From positions 2,208,001-2,272,000 of the forward strand of contig CBDFJF010000002.1 of NCBI GenBank assembly GCA_965248265.1: a stretch of 64,000 nucleotides of DNA. The letters are read 5' to 3'. The stretch is from Candidatus Latescibacterota bacterium. Its GTDB lineage: Bacteria > Latescibacterota > UBA2968 > UBA8231. Of this stretch, positions 29,486-39,678 are shown one piece after another. The notes under the pieces are model-generated. The model was not told where the DNA came from, did no database searches, and saw nothing but the letters and a program-made list of their open reading frames with translations. The position numbers and the translations under genes were made by a program. Each line of letters opens with the position of its first letter. Position 1 is the stretch's first letter.

Positions 29486-30970
29486 TCATTCTGGCGCGTT
29501 GTCCAGGAAATACGCATCGAGCGCCCGCGGCTCCGCACCCGCCGACTTGAACTTCTGGTAGTCGTACGGCCCCACTGGCGCAAAGTCCCCACGCATCGCG
29601 TAAATCGACCCATCAGTCAGCCGCACCGAGAATCGCACCACCTGCCCCGCCACCTGCGCCATCGACTTCCCGTCTTTCCACTGCGGTATCCAGTACAGCT
29701 CATCCCCCGCGAATGAAACGGCATCGTCGAAACCGTACCCGGCAAGCGGCTCCCCCATCGCATCCTCCACCTGCACGCGGATCTCACCCTCAGGCGCTTT
29801 CACATTGATCTGCAGCTCTCCCCCTTTCCAGTAGACGATCCGCGTCGTCATCGAACCCGCTTCCCCCTCCGACTCCAGATAGCAGAACCCGTCCAGCCGC
29901 AGCTCGTGCAGAAGGATGGCGCTTTCTGTCAACAGCGACGGATCCTGAGACACCTCACCGTGTTCCCCCTTGAACGAGCTCGAGTACACCCGGATCCGAT
30001 CATCCGCCGTGACCACCATACTCGACGCGTGAACGAGACCGGCGCCATGCTGACCCGGCTCGGAATTGGCAATGAACGGATCCCGCAGCCCCCGCTGAAA
30101 GTGCCAGCCGTTGTAGCTGTAGACGAGCTGACAGTCGATGGTGCCGTAGAGGAACTTGATCGGTCCGTCGATCTCCGCCGTTTCGCTGTACGCCGCCGAC
30201 ACCTTGGGTGGCGTGTGATAAACCCACAGAAACCCGACGAACATCCCTTCGTAGGGAAACACCGGCATCCCGTAGAGCTCCGCCGCCGGCGTATCGAGGG
30301 CGTCTGCCTGCAGCAGCAGCTCCGGCTTCGAGAAGTTCCGCCAGTCCCTCGTCTCATAAATAGCCACCCGCCGATCCCCGATACTCGGCCGTGCCGTGAT
30401 GCAGTAACTGTTGCGGTATTCATTCCAGAACACGCACGCCGCCGGATCGATGCCGTGGGGATGCCACCGCGCCCCTTCGGGTCGTTTCCACGACCTCCCG
30501 TCTGTCGAGGTATGGAGTAGACAGTCGTGCCCCAGCCGATCCTCCGCCCAGCAGCAGACCAGTCCCTTGATCCGCTCCCCCGGGTCCTCCGCCTGCCCAT
30601 CGAAGTAGGCCGGCGCCCACTCGAAGAATTCCCCCGAGGGGATCACCTGGTGGGGTACCCGCCTCGGAAAGTCATCTCCCCCGCCGGACAGATCCGGCGT
30701 CTCCCAGTGCACCCCGTCGTCACTCTCCGCTACCGCGGCGACAAACCCGTCATTGTCATGGATCGGTCCCCCCTGGTAGAGACAGCGCCAGACCCCGCTG
30801 TCCGGATCGCGAAACACCGAGGGGTATCCCGAATGCACGTCGAGTTGGGGATCGACGAAGACCCCTTCTGGGACGAGCTGCGGAGTGCCGACCCGGCGCT
30901 CCATATTTTGCCGGTCATAGAGATGCCAGTCGTCGAAAAAAAGCATGACTCTGTTCTCCTTCGTCGGCAT
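29486..30970 (-). CDS. Uncharacterised beta-propeller glycoside hydrolase-like protein
   Basis: LFFDD, AESDDGVHW, ELYGMPVFPYE, GWHFQRGLRDPFI, LRLDGF; clear paralog of 16864..18270. Confidence 0.75.
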   Translation of the reverse strand: MPTKENRVMLFFDDWHLYDRQNMERRVGTPQLVPEGVFVDPQLDVHSGYPSVFRDPDSGVWRCLYQGGPIHDNDGFVAAVAESDDGVHWETPDLSGGGDDFPRRVPHQVIPSGEFFEWAPAYFDGQAEDPGERIKGLVCCWAEDRLGHDCLLHTSTDGRSWKRPEGARWHPHGIDPAACVFWNEYRNSYCITARPSIGDRRVAIYETRDWRNFSKPELLLQADALDTPAAELYGMPVFPYEGMFVGFLWVYHTPPKVSAAYSETAEIDGPIKFLYGTIDCQLVYSYNGWHFQRGLRDPFIANSEPGQHGAGLVHASSMVVTADDRIRVYSSSFKGEHGEVSQDPSLLTESAILLHELRLDGFCYLESEGEAGSMTTRIVYWKGGELQINVKAPEGEIRVQVEDAMGEPLAGYGFDDAVSFAGDELYWIPQWKDGKSMAQVAGQVVRFSVRLTDGSIYAMRGDFAPVGPYDYQKFKSAGAEPRALDAYFLDNAPE

Positions 30971-30974
30971 CAGC

Positions 30975-33260
30975 TCAACTCAAGGTCTTGCCATCGTATG
31001 ACAGTCCCGCGCCGTCGACGACGTCCCAGACTCTGGGTGTGCTGCTGCCGTCAAGCCGCACGACGGCTGCCGACCCTTCGAAGGAAATGGGCCGGTCGCT
31101 TTCATCGCTGAGTGCCTGGGATCCGCGTTGGGCGGCGGCGCAGATGATATCTTCGCCTCCACCCGGCAAAAGCACCCGCAGCCAACCTCCTTGGGCGTCT
31201 CCGAGTGGCTCGACTGTGATTATTCGATCTTCGTCTGGCCTCAGAGGCCACAGAACCGTCTGCATGAGAGTAGAGTCCGTTCCGTTTCGCCTGAATATGG
31301 CGCATGGAGCCGGGATAATCTCTCCACCCTCCACGTGCCAGCCCTGAACACCCTCCCCACCATCATCGCGACCTTCGGCGATCTCCACCTCGAGACCTTC
31401 GCTACGCACCGGCACGAGGGCCAGATTCGCCTCGCCTGCCGTTGTCGTGCGCACCGTTTGCGACGCTTCGTCCAGTGCTGATTCCACCGGCACAAAATGG
31501 AAAAGTTGCTCGTAGGCATGCTCCCCCGATCCCGACAGTCGGTCGCTCACGAGCCAGTAGTCGAAGTCGTCCGCCCCTGTCGCCTTCACGTAAATCACCG
31601 TGCGCCGGTGCGTGACCCAGACGTCGATCTCCCCCTCGAAGGGTGGTGGCGGGAATCCGGTACGCATAGGCTCGGTGAACTGAACCGGTCCCCACCCCTC
31701 GTCGTACTCGCCGCTCAGACAGTCACAGACTGCGCTCGAGTGCCACTCGTTGTCGAGAGGTTCGCTTACGGACTTCGCCCTGTCGCTGACGAGTCTCATC
31801 TGGCAGAGCCCGTCTACGGTGACCGTGCTGTGTCCCCTGGTGCCGCCCAGGAATCGGTACCAGCGGTGATGGCGCTCCTCGCGCGAATACGTGTGAACCC
31901 CTTTGTCGGCGATGAGCGTTCGTCCGAATGCGGCAACTTCGATGGCGAGCTTGGCCTCGTGGGCGTGGATATCACCGAGGGGACCCATGTCGCACATGAG
32001 GAAATTGGCGTCTCTTCCCCAGCCGCTGCGCATGACGCAGGTTCCCATCCAGGGATAATAGGACGACTCGTGATCCGGCCGCGGACCGCGCTCCCCGGTG
32101 CTCACCACATGTTCGAGTGATGGGTCGGCGCCGAGGTCGATCATGTTCGAGAGGTAGATGTCCGGTTTGCCCTGCTGACCATCTCCCGTCTGCGGACAGA
32201 GTCCGTCCGGCCGCCGCATGTCGGCGAGGAACCGGGCTCGCTCGATCATGGCCTCTTGTATGTGGGGCGAACAGCTCCAACCGTTCTTGTCGACCAGCAG
32301 CAGCACCTCGAGCCCCGAATTCGAGGAACCAACGGTGTAGCCGAGGGAATTTTCTCTGGCGGAGCCGTCGGGGTAAAAGGCCCCTTCGGGAGCAAAATAG
32401 CCACCGCAGCGGTCCAATCCCTTCTCTCTCCAGGCTGGCGAGCGCTCGAACTCGTGCAGGCCGACGCCTATCCACAGCAGGCCGATGCCGTTGTACAGCA
32501 GCCCATTCCCGCGCGCCCCTTCGACCGCCTCCATGCATTCGGCGCAGAAGGTACCCAGCCAGTGCGTGAGGGCGCACAGATCCTCCGCCGGCAGATTCTC
32601 CCACGAGAGGATGAATGGCAGAAGCTGCTGATAGTTGCGCGCCAGCTGCATATCCGGCACCCACATCCAGTCCGAGCGGTCATCGACGCAGTTGAAGTAG
32701 TGCCGGTAAATCCAGACCAGCTTGTCGATGTATTTCTCGTCATCCGTGAGCCAGAAGCTGACGGCCAGGGTCTTGAGGAAGTACTGATAGCACAGCGACA
32801 TCGGCCATCGATGCCCCTCGATGGGCGGCACCACTTCCCAATCCCAGTCCGCGCCGAGATCGACGGCACCGTCTGCGTGGTGATACGGAATGAACACCTT
32901 GTGCTCGAGGAGCAGATCGGCGAGATCGACAACGGTGTAGGGCGATGGACTGCCTGCGGCCGAGCGCGCCTCGATGTAGCCTTTGCCGGTGTGGATGTGC
33001 TCCTTGACGCGTTCCCGGTCGCGCCACGTGAAACCGAGGGGCGGATCGTCGAGGAAGTCGTAGTAGCTGGTGCGTGAGGCCAGGTCGTTTTCCCCTATTG
33101 ATGCCCAGGGCAGAACAGGTGCCTGCCGATTCCGGTAATAGTCCAGGTAGGCAGCCCCGGCCGCGTCGAGATTGCCCGCCTCAACGGCGACCTTTACTTG
33201 CTCCATTCCCGCTGTGTCGAGATTCAGCAGCGAGAAAATCTCCTTTTCGACTCCCGTCAT
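30975..33260 (-). CDS. Heparinase II/III family protein
   Basis: FYPDGSARENSLGY, MRSGW, DMGPLGDIHAHEAKL, GHSTVTVDG; paralog of 11111..13375. Confidence 0.85.
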   Translation of the reverse strand: MTGVEKEIFSLLNLDTAGMEQVKVAVEAGNLDAAGAAYLDYYRNRQAPVLPWASIGENDLASRTSYYDFLDDPPLGFTWRDRERVKEHIHTGKGYIEARSAAGSPSPYTVVDLADLLLEHKVFIPYHHADGAVDLGADWDWEVVPPIEGHRWPMSLCYQYFLKTLAVSFWLTDDEKYIDKLVWIYRHYFNCVDDRSDWMWVPDMQLARNYQQLLPFILSWENLPAEDLCALTHWLGTFCAECMEAVEGARGNGLLYNGIGLLWIGVGLHEFERSPAWREKGLDRCGGYFAPEGAFYPDGSARENSLGYTVGSSNSGLEVLLLVDKNGWSCSPHIQEAMIERARFLADMRRPDGLCPQTGDGQQGKPDIYLSNMIDLGADPSLEHVVSTGERGPRPDHESSYYPWMGTCVMRSGWGRDANFLMCDMGPLGDIHAHEAKLAIEVAAFGRTLIADKGVHTYSREERHHRWYRFLGGTRGHSTVTVDGLCQMRLVSDRAKSVSEPLDNEWHSSAVCDCLSGEYDEGWGPVQFTEPMRTGFPPPPFEGEIDVWVTHRRTVIYVKATGADDFDYWLVSDRLSGSGEHAYEQLFHFVPVESALDEASQTVRTTTAGEANLALVPVRSEGLEVEIAEGRDDGGEGVQGWHVEGGEIIPAPCAIFRRNGTDSTLMQTVLWPLRPDEDRIITVEPLGDAQGGWLRVLLPGGGEDIICAAAQRGSQALSDESDRPISFEGSAAVVRLDGSSTPRVWDVVDGAGLSYDGKTLS

Positions 33261-33372
33261 CGGTCTCTGAGCCCGTCGACTATCATGTTCAGACCTCCGT
33301 AAACACGAGTCAGATCGTCGTCGCCGTACCACGCCGCCCACGGAAGCATGACACTTGACAATCCCGGCCCTG

Positions 33373-34671
33373 TCAGAACCGGGCCAACACATCATCAACT
33401 ACCGAAAGCACCTGATCGATATCTCCCCGCGTATGAGCAATGGAGAATCCGTGGTGACATGCCTTGCCACCGTACGGGTGGAAATAAACACCCTTCTCCA
33501 TCGTCTCGCGGCAGAACCGAAGCATCATCTGAACGTCATGGGCTGCCGTGTCTCGGTAACAGGTCACTTCCCGCTCGATGCCGAAGAGGACACCGAACTG
33601 AGAGCCAAAGTGTTGAATTCTCATGGGAATCGCTCGGCGTTGAGCGATCTCGGTCAAGCCGTTGTATAGCACATCCGCCGTCTCACGGATCTGTTTGAAG
33701 AAGGCCGGATCATCGTAGAGCCTAAGTGCCGCAAGCCCCGCAGCGATGCACGGGCTCGTACCGTTGTACGTACCGCTGTGTGCAGCCTTGCCAATCGGAG
33801 TGCAATGCTTCATCAGCTCGCGCCTACCGGCGAAGACACTGATTGGCGTTCCACCGCCCACGCATTTCCCAATCGAGCACGCGTCAGGAGTCACGCCCAG
33901 GTATCCTTGTGCGCAATCTGGTCCAGTCCGAAAGGCCGAGAGGATCTCGTCAAAGATCAACACAATGCCCAACTCGCCGGTCAGGTCTCGTAGCAGCTGC
34001 ATGTATCCCTTTCTCGGATAAATGCATCCACAATTCAGATCTACAGGCTCGCAGATTACGGCTGCCAGCTCACCAGCGTGCTTTCGCAGCGCCAGGATCC
34101 GCTCATCGTTAAAGGGAATGGTCATCGTTAACTCGGAGAGGCGGTGCGGGACTCCTGCAGATTCGGATCCGCTATAGAAAGGAAATTCGCTCGGCAGTGA
34201 ATCAAATGGCGGAAACCCTCCAAAGGTGGCGTAGTCGAGAATCCCGTGATAATGGCCCTCAAACCGAAGTACCTTCTCCTTGCCCGTGGCCGCTCGCGCG
34301 AGCCGCACGCAGTACATCGTGGCTTCGGATCCGCTGTTGGTAAATCTCACCAACTCCGCACAGGGTACCATCGATGTCAGTTTCTCTGCGAACTCGACAT
34401 GTAAGGGGCTGTCGTAACTATTAACCATGCCTCGTTCGAGAACGTCGTGAAGGGCTTCGGTAATGGCGGGATGCGCGTGACCCAGTTGCGACGCGCCGTG
34501 GGAAACGCACATGTCGATGTACTCATTGCCCTCGACATCCCAAATCTGCGCGCCCTTACCACGTTCGAAGTACGTCGGCCGGCTCAATGCTTCGTTGAAC
34601 CGGGCCGCCGCTGATACGCCGGCGACAATGGATCCGCGCGCCCGTTCCCAGAGTTGCTCATTTGTAACCAT
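33373..34671 (-). CDS. Class III aminotransferase, glutamate-1-semialdehyde 2,1-aminomutase-like
   Basis: IWDVEGNEYID, RFTNSGSEA, FEGHYHG, IFDEILSAFR, PLP lysine in GKCVGGG, HSGTYNG. Confidence 0.85.
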   Translation of the reverse strand: MVTNEQLWERARGSIVAGVSAAARFNEALSRPTYFERGKGAQIWDVEGNEYIDMCVSHGASQLGHAHPAITEALHDVLERGMVNSYDSPLHVEFAEKLTSMVPCAELVRFTNSGSEATMYCVRLARAATGKEKVLRFEGHYHGILDYATFGGFPPFDSLPSEFPFYSGSESAGVPHRLSELTMTIPFNDERILALRKHAGELAAVICEPVDLNCGCIYPRKGYMQLLRDLTGELGIVLIFDEILSAFRTGPDCAQGYLGVTPDACSIGKCVGGGTPISVFAGRRELMKHCTPIGKAAHSGTYNGTSPCIAAGLAALRLYDDPAFFKQIRETADVLYNGLTEIAQRRAIPMRIQHFGSQFGVLFGIEREVTCYRDTAAHDVQMMLRFCRETMEKGVYFHPYGGKACHHGFSIAHTRGDIDQVLSVVDDVLARF

Positions 34672-34679
34672 GACGTCAC

Positions 34680-35100
34680 CTACATGGTCTTCTCGATTGC
34701 GGCCAGTAGCCTCATCAGTGCCAGCTCGATCGGCTGAATCACAGTTGTCGAGATCGGCGCGAAATTCGGTCGAAACGACGCAGGACTTTTGATACCTACG
34801 ACCTTGTACTCGGCCGGATCAAGACCCGTGCAGCAGTAGAGTCCGGATTCGCTGCACATTACAGGCCTCCGAGCCGCCAAAATATGAATGTTCCTGATTC
34901 GGAGCACGACCGCACCGCCCATGTCCTGCTCGAGTCCTGTGAAGTACTTCAACAATGGCCGCCGCACGGAATGGACTGGTAAACCGACGATCGCAACCCT
35001 CGCCGAAAACAACCTGCGTCTTCTCGCCCAATTGGCTGCGGGCCGTCTGCTCCACCAATGCCAGATCGCACGTGAATACAAGCGACTTGGAGCGGATCCG
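34680..35100 (-). pseudogene. MlrC/M81 metallopeptidase C-terminal fragment (frameshifted)
   Basis: DMGGAVVLRIRNIHIL..GLDPAEYKVVGIKSPASFRPNFAPI, plus VVFGEGCDRRFTSP in another frame. Confidence 0.65.
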
Positions 35101-35202
35101 GTTGAAAGCAGCCACTTCAGCGTATAGTTTGTGATGCTCGGCATGAATATATCAGATGCACAACATCCGGTCAGCCGATAGACATACATTCGAGGAGAGA
35201 CC

Positions 35203-35925
35203 ATGCGGTGTATTTTCGCAGGTATCGAGTACGCGGGAAAATCGACGCTTATAGGGCTGCTCGCCCAGTACTACAAGAGGCGCGGCCGGCGAGTTCACGC
35301 CGACGATCATTTCTCCATCCCGGATTCGACCTTGAGTCCCGACTCACAGGCGGCCATGGTGGGATACCCGCAGGATGTGAGGGAGCGCATGCAGCGCATG
35401 CAGATCCAGTACCACATCGAAGTCATCAAGAATCACGAGAACGTGCTGCTAGGTGGATGGCACATCGAGGAGTACGTCTACTCTTCCGTCTACGGACAGG
35501 ACCCGTCGAGTGCGTACTACCCCAACTATTCGTACGGCGTGCAGCGCGTGTACGAATCGCGCGTTCTGGAAGAACGCTTACCCGACACCGTCCTCGTCCA
35601 CCTCAGCGCCAGCGACGAAGCGATCGTCGGGCGAATGAGAGGCCAGCCTCACCAATACCAAGTCATTCGAGAGAAGGACATCCCGGATTTGAAGAAGCGT
35701 TTCGATGAGGAGGTGGGACGCTCGCTTTTTTGCTGGGGTAACCGAAGACTCGACATGGATACGACGGACAAGACACCGCAGGAGTCCCTGGACGAGTTGC
35801 TAGAGCGCTCTGAACCACTCGTTACGGCCGGAGAAATCGCCATGCGGGCGCTGCCGGTTCCGGAGGGAGGCTTCGAGGTCCGCTACAGAGACGGCGTGCG
35901 CGAAGTCGTGCAGTCGAAAGCGTGA
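35203..35925 (+). CDS. P-loop NMP-kinase-like protein (thymidylate kinase-like fold)
   Basis: Walker A GIEYAGKST; VLVHLSAS, DTTDKTPQE; RBS gaggag. Confidence 0.65.
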   Translation: MRCIFAGIEYAGKSTLIGLLAQYYKRRGRRVHADDHFSIPDSTLSPDSQAAMVGYPQDVRERMQRMQIQYHIEVIKNHENVLLGGWHIEEYVYSSVYGQDPSSAYYPNYSYGVQRVYESRVLEERLPDTVLVHLSASDEAIVGRMRGQPHQYQVIREKDIPDLKKRFDEEVGRSLFCWGNRRLDMDTTDKTPQESLDELLERSEPLVTAGEIAMRALPVPEGGFEVRYRDGVREVVQSKA

Positions 35926-36001
35926 TCGAATTGCCCGCTACTGATGGGACTGGTGCCCCAAAAATCAAAGGTCTTCAATTAAACGTTCTCCCGTCGCGCG
36001 C

Positions 36002-36835
36002 TCACTCTGCAAGATGCCGGAACAGGGGTTTCACCTCGTCGCTCAGCGCCGCGAAGACGTCCTTGGGAATTCGGGAAAGGTTCGCAGCCTTCCCTGCCCT
36101 CTCCACCACCATGCTCATGTTCTCGGGCGTACCCTCAATCTCGGGATTCAGATTGATCCACCAGGGTCCATAGCGGACCGAAATGGCGACGCGTGGCTCG
36201 GTGCTGCGGTTCGGCGCCACTGCGTGCCAGAGTCGGCTGTCATAGATCAAGACGCTGCCCGGATCGCCGGTAGCGGAAACCTCGGTGAGATATGGAGCAT
36301 CCCGATCGACGCCGTTGTCCCCGGAAGGGTTGTTGCTGGATCGATGGCTTCCAGGCACCAAGAAGGTGCCGCCGTTCTCGGCGTTGAATGGTGTCAGCAT
36401 CCAGATGGTGCTCAGATGCATCAGTGTGTCGGGATAGGGAGCCTCGATCCGTGCCGAGTTCGTCTGGTTGTAGGGCCAGTCGGCGTGCCAGTATCCGCGA
36501 TCGTTACCTGGATGGGTGACGATCCCGCCGGCGCTCGAGATCCGCACGTCCGGGCCGAAGAAAGCCTCTGCCGTTCCGAGAACGCGGGGATCAGCCAGGT
36601 AGGCTGCGAATTCCTGAGTCGAGTTGATCAGAGACGTGCTGAAGGTGACCCCTTGAGCACCGACCCGATGTCCTTTGCTACGGATCTCTTCTTGGCGGCG
36701 CTGATTGATTTCTGCTTCACGCGCGTGGACTCGAAGCACACCTTGTTTGACACCATCGATCTGGTCGTCGGGAATGACGTCCTCGATCACGCAGAAGCCG
36801 TCCAGCTTGATGTGGTTTACTATGGTTTCGACCAT
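36002..36835 (-). CDS. PhyH family dioxygenase
   Basis: DGFCVIEDVI, WHADWP, NGGTFLVPGSH, DSRLWHAV. Confidence 0.9.
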   Translation of the reverse strand: MVETIVNHIKLDGFCVIEDVIPDDQIDGVKQGVLRVHAREAEINQRRQEEIRSKGHRVGAQGVTFSTSLINSTQEFAAYLADPRVLGTAEAFFGPDVRISSAGGIVTHPGNDRGYWHADWPYNQTNSARIEAPYPDTLMHLSTIWMLTPFNAENGGTFLVPGSHRSSNNPSGDNGVDRDAPYLTEVSATGDPGSVLIYDSRLWHAVAPNRSTEPRVAISVRYGPWWINLNPEIEGTPENMSMVVERAGKAANLSRIPKDVFAALSDEVKPLFRHLAE

Positions 36836-36848
36836 GCTGTCCTGAGTT

Positions 36849-37676
36849 TCATGAAGTGAATGGAAGAACAGCGTCGCGCATCTTGATCGTCTCTGTCATA
36901 ACATCGCACTTGTCCATGTCCCAGAATTCTTCGTGTTCGTACTCCAGAGTCGCGTAACCATCGTACCCGGTGTCCTGCAGGCGGCGCATCAGATCTGGAA
37001 AGTTGATCTCGCCTTCATCCCAGCGCGCTTGAATCTTTTTGTTGGCCCCCTGGCGCAGGTGCACGTGCCCGGCGTAGGGCAGCAGTGCATGCAGTTCGTC
37101 TTCCTTGTGGCCGATCGAGACGCAGTGAGCGTAGTCGATGCAGATCTTCAGATCCGGGTTCTGTTCCAGGAATTTCAGGGTTTCGTCCGGCCGCTCTATG
37201 ACCGACTCCCGGTGTGGCTCGAACACCATTTCGATACCGACGGCCGTCGTGATCTCAGCCGCGGCATGCAGTTCATCGGCGGCGATGCATTGCGAATCCT
37301 CGCGACTCATGCCCTCGTTCTCGACTCCGGGAAGCAGGGTAAGCGATTTCAGGCTGGCAGCGGCGCAGAAATCGGCGATGTGCCTGATCCGGTCCCTGTT
37401 CCGTTCGCGCACGGTGGCATCGGACGAATTGATAGCATTATCGCCAAACCCCTCACCCAGCAGGACGATCAGGTTGATTAGCTCGATGTCGAGATCCCGC
37501 ACTTTTTTCGCCTGGCCCTGCGGATCGGCCCTCAGGCTGTCGGCCGTCAGCGCCGCGCCCGGCATGGCGATCAGGTCCATGGCTTCGACTCCAAGCGCCT
37601 TGTAAATACTGGCCGATTCGGCGAAGGAGGCTCCGACCCATGTCCACTGAGCTCCTGCCAGCACGATCTTGCTCAT
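36849..37676 (-). CDS. Sugar phosphate isomerase/epimerase (AP endonuclease 2 TIM barrel)
   Basis: FEPH, IDYAH, HVHLRQ, GYDGYATLEY. Confidence 0.85.
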   Translation of the reverse strand: MSKIVLAGAQWTWVGASFAESASIYKALGVEAMDLIAMPGAALTADSLRADPQGQAKKVRDLDIELINLIVLLGEGFGDNAINSSDATVRERNRDRIRHIADFCAAASLKSLTLLPGVENEGMSREDSQCIAADELHAAAEITTAVGIEMVFEPHRESVIERPDETLKFLEQNPDLKICIDYAHCVSIGHKEDELHALLPYAGHVHLRQGANKKIQARWDEGEINFPDLMRRLQDTGYDGYATLEYEHEEFWDMDKCDVMTETIKMRDAVLPFTS

Positions 37677-37720
37677 TGCTCATCCCTGTGAAATTGTATG
37701 TGCAGTCAGTCCCGTTTTAT

Positions 37721-38530
37721 TCATCCCGTCCCCGGAACTGCTGCCGTGCTCGTCATGCCGCCGTCCACATCCAGCGCCGTACCGGTGATGAAAGCGGAGG
37801 AGTCTTGTATGAAAAACAGGATGGCGTTGACGACATCGTCCTCGGAGCAATTGCGCCCCAGGGGAATATCCACAGCCGTGGCAGCCTTCACCTGCTCGGG
37901 TGAGAGTCCGGTCGCTTTCGTTTTCCATTCGAGGACGAATTCGCCCATACCAGTAGTCGGACAACCGACGGGACAGACGCAGTTGACGGTCACCCCGTCG
38001 TCGGCCAGCTCGCCGGCGATCGACTTCGTCAGGCCGACGACCCCGAATTTGGCTGCCACATAGGATGTGACCATCGGCCAACCGATTTTCGAAGCGTCCG
38101 AACCGATGTTGACGATGCGCCCACGGCCACTCGCGCACAACAGCGGGGCCGACCTTTGTGAGCACAGGAAGGTCCCCTTGAGGTCGACGTCGATGGTGCG
38201 ATCCCACTCCTCTTCCGCCGTGTCGACGAACCTCGAAAACTCCAGGATACCGGCGCAATTCACGAGTGTATCAAGCCCGCCGAATGCATCCTGGCATGCG
38301 GCCACTGCTGCTTCTACTGAAGACGTGGACGTGACGTCCAGGCGCAACGTCAGCAGGCGATCGTTATCGAGGGTCGCGGCAGCGCTTTGCAGCTTGCCTT
38401 CATCGACATCGCCGATGGCAACCTGAGCCCCCTGGTTGAGCAAGGCACGGGCGGTTGCACAGCCGAAACCACTGGCACCGCCGGTGATGAGGGCTCGCCG
38501 GGGTCGGTCCTGAGAATTTGCGTTGGTCAT
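37721..38530 (-). CDS. Short-chain dehydrogenase/reductase
   Basis: TGGASGFG, VNCAG, YVAAK, ITGTALDVDGG. Confidence 0.9.
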   Translation of the reverse strand: MTNANSQDRPRRALITGGASGFGCATARALLNQGAQVAIGDVDEGKLQSAAATLDNDRLLTLRLDVTSTSSVEAAVAACQDAFGGLDTLVNCAGILEFSRFVDTAEEEWDRTIDVDLKGTFLCSQRSAPLLCASGRGRIVNIGSDASKIGWPMVTSYVAAKFGVVGLTKSIAGELADDGVTVNCVCPVGCPTTGMGEFVLEWKTKATGLSPEQVKAATAVDIPLGRNCSEDDVVNAILFFIQDSSAFITGTALDVDGGMTSTAAVPGTG

Positions 38531-38624
38531 GTTCTCTGACACGGGTGCAGATGGGCGGTGCATCTGATTGTCTCGCGTGAGAAATCTAATGACACTCAGG
38601 TTACGTTCCAACCCTGGTAAGCGT

Positions 38625-39488
38625 TTAAATCCCTACGCCGAACTCGCTCTCGAACTCCACCCAGATCTCCGCCGGAACCCCCTGCGTGGCTGCTTTGTAG
38701 GCGTCCTCGAGTTGGCTGCGGTTCGCCGGCCCACTCATGACGATACCGTCAATCGGCGCGTCGAGACAGAACTCCATCGCCAGGTGTTTGATGTCGACGC
38801 CGTTCTCCTGACACCACTGCCACATGGCGTGCGCGCGTGGTTTTTCGATCCTATCCGGTTCGACTCCGGTCAGACTTCCCATGCCGAACACACTGGCCAG
38901 GATCAGCCCGACGCCGTGTTGCTTGGCCAGAGGCATGGTCGTGCGCGCGACCGACTGGTTGAGCAGCGTGTAGTCCAGAAAAGTCAGAACGACTTCGGCG
39001 TGGCCGGCTTCGATGGCGGCTCGGTGGAAGTCTTGCTCGCGTACGCCCAGGCCGAGGTGCCGTACCAGTCCCTCCGCTTTCATTTTTTGCAACTCGTCAA
39101 AAGCCCGGTCGGGACCCAGGGGATCCTCGATCGTGAGCGGATCGTGGACCAGGACCGAATCAAGGTAGTCCACTCGCAGCTGGCGCAGGCTGTTTTCAAC
39201 GCTCCAGCGGGTCGCCTCTGCCGAGAAATCCTTCGGCCGGTCGGGGTGCGGACCCACCTTCGCTTGCAGGTAAAAGGTCGAACGCTCAACACCTGATAGG
39301 GCCTGACCCCAACGCTCTTCACCTCGGCCAGCGTAGGTGTCGAAGAAGTCGATACCCAGCTCGAGAGCACGCTCGACCGTGGCGATTGTCTCAGCCTCTG
39401 GGGCCTGACTGACAAACGCGGCGCCCATGCCCAGCGCTCGCGGCCGCATCTCTGTCCTGCCCATTCGTCTTCGTGGTAGTTCGATCAA
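38625..39488 (-). CDS. Aldo/keto reductase (fucose/arabinose dehydrogenase-like)
   Basis: LPRRRMGRTEM, GIDFFDT, ENSLRQLRVDYLDSVLVHDP. Confidence 0.85.
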   Translation of the reverse strand: MIELPRRRMGRTEMRPRALGMGAAFVSQAPEAETIATVERALELGIDFFDTYAGRGEERWGQALSGVERSTFYLQAKVGPHPDRPKDFSAEATRWSVENSLRQLRVDYLDSVLVHDPLTIEDPLGPDRAFDELQKMKAEGLVRHLGLGVREQDFHRAAIEAGHAEVVLTFLDYTLLNQSVARTTMPLAKQHGVGLILASVFGMGSLTGVEPDRIEKPRAHAMWQWCQENGVDIKHLAMEFCLDAPIDGIVMSGPANRSQLEDAYKAATQGVPAEIWVEFESEFGVGI

Positions 39489-39678
39489 TCAGGATCCCTC
39501 CTGCGGTCGCGAGCGAGTGGCGCTGAGGCAACCGCCGACGGTGTGATCAACTTGCTTCCGACCGTGGGACTGATCGATCGTCGTACTGCCGCCGAAAACG
39601 GTATCGTGAATTCGTGTCGCAGTGTGGTGAGGAATGGGCCCGAGGGTAGACGTGCTCAAGGTCAGGACCGGATTGACC

